Shown one piece after another: positions 48,421 through 48,683 of a stretch of 48,683 nucleotides of DNA. A program made the position numbers and the translations under genes. Source of the stretch: Welwitschia mirabilis (taxonomy: Eukaryota); NCBI GenBank assembly GCA_051453625.1, contig JBOZIK010000001.1, positions 8,002,596 to 8,051,278 of the forward strand, read 5' to 3'. The notes under the pieces are model-generated. The model did no database searches. It saw nothing but the letters and a program-made list of their open reading frames with translations, and was not told the origin of the DNA. Positions within the stretch are counted from its first letter, which is position 1, and each line of letters begins with the position of its first letter.

Positions 48421-48683
48421 TCTCTATGTCACTTGCATCAGTTGCATGCCAAACCTTGTGCACGAGATGTGTATGGAATCTCAGATTGATCTCAATATAG
48501 AAAGTAAGCAATAGGAATATGTTAGGTTCAGAAGAACAGAAATCAGATTGTCATCTGTCAACCCAAACAACAATGAGAGAGAGATTTTTATATGACCAAT
48601 TGAAACGATAGTCATTTTTCCATTGAAGGTGATCAATTTCGAATTGAAGAAGAGATAGATTGCATGCAATCAATCTCCATTTT

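Overview
This window is eukaryotic (land-plant-like) intergenic DNA, not prokaryotic. It is very AT-rich and CpG-depleted, and comes from a gappy draft assembly with many N runs. Most ORFs in the supplied track are N-gap artefacts, and I see no intact host gene, RNA gene or CRISPR array. The window is a graveyard of decayed retroelements: (1) the 3' end of a Sirevirus/SIRE-type Ty1/copia element with PPT and LTR (1-3500); (2) a Ty3/gypsy RNaseH-integrase remnant (~5.5-6.6 kb); (3) a very old copia element (~7019-19131) carrying a nested full-length copia with both LTRs and a TAATA target-site duplication (10567-16367); (4) a near-complete Bianca-like copia element (~29661-38495) with two internal ~0.7-0.8 kb duplications; (5) a minus-strand LINE whose RT looks RTE/RTEX/CR1-like rather than plant L1 (~40.9-43.1 kb); (6) a solo LTR with an ATAAA TSD (46789-47420); (7) an abruptly CpG-rich, hairpin-bearing island at the right edge (~48.0-48.4 kb), either the start of a young or domesticated hAT-like element or a gene promoter. 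The most notable fine structure is an 18-bp-phased array of CpG-decayed AGACGTCT palindromes, in opposite orientations in the SIRE internal region and its LTR. I found no convincing novel biological system. All alignments and identities were judged by eye.
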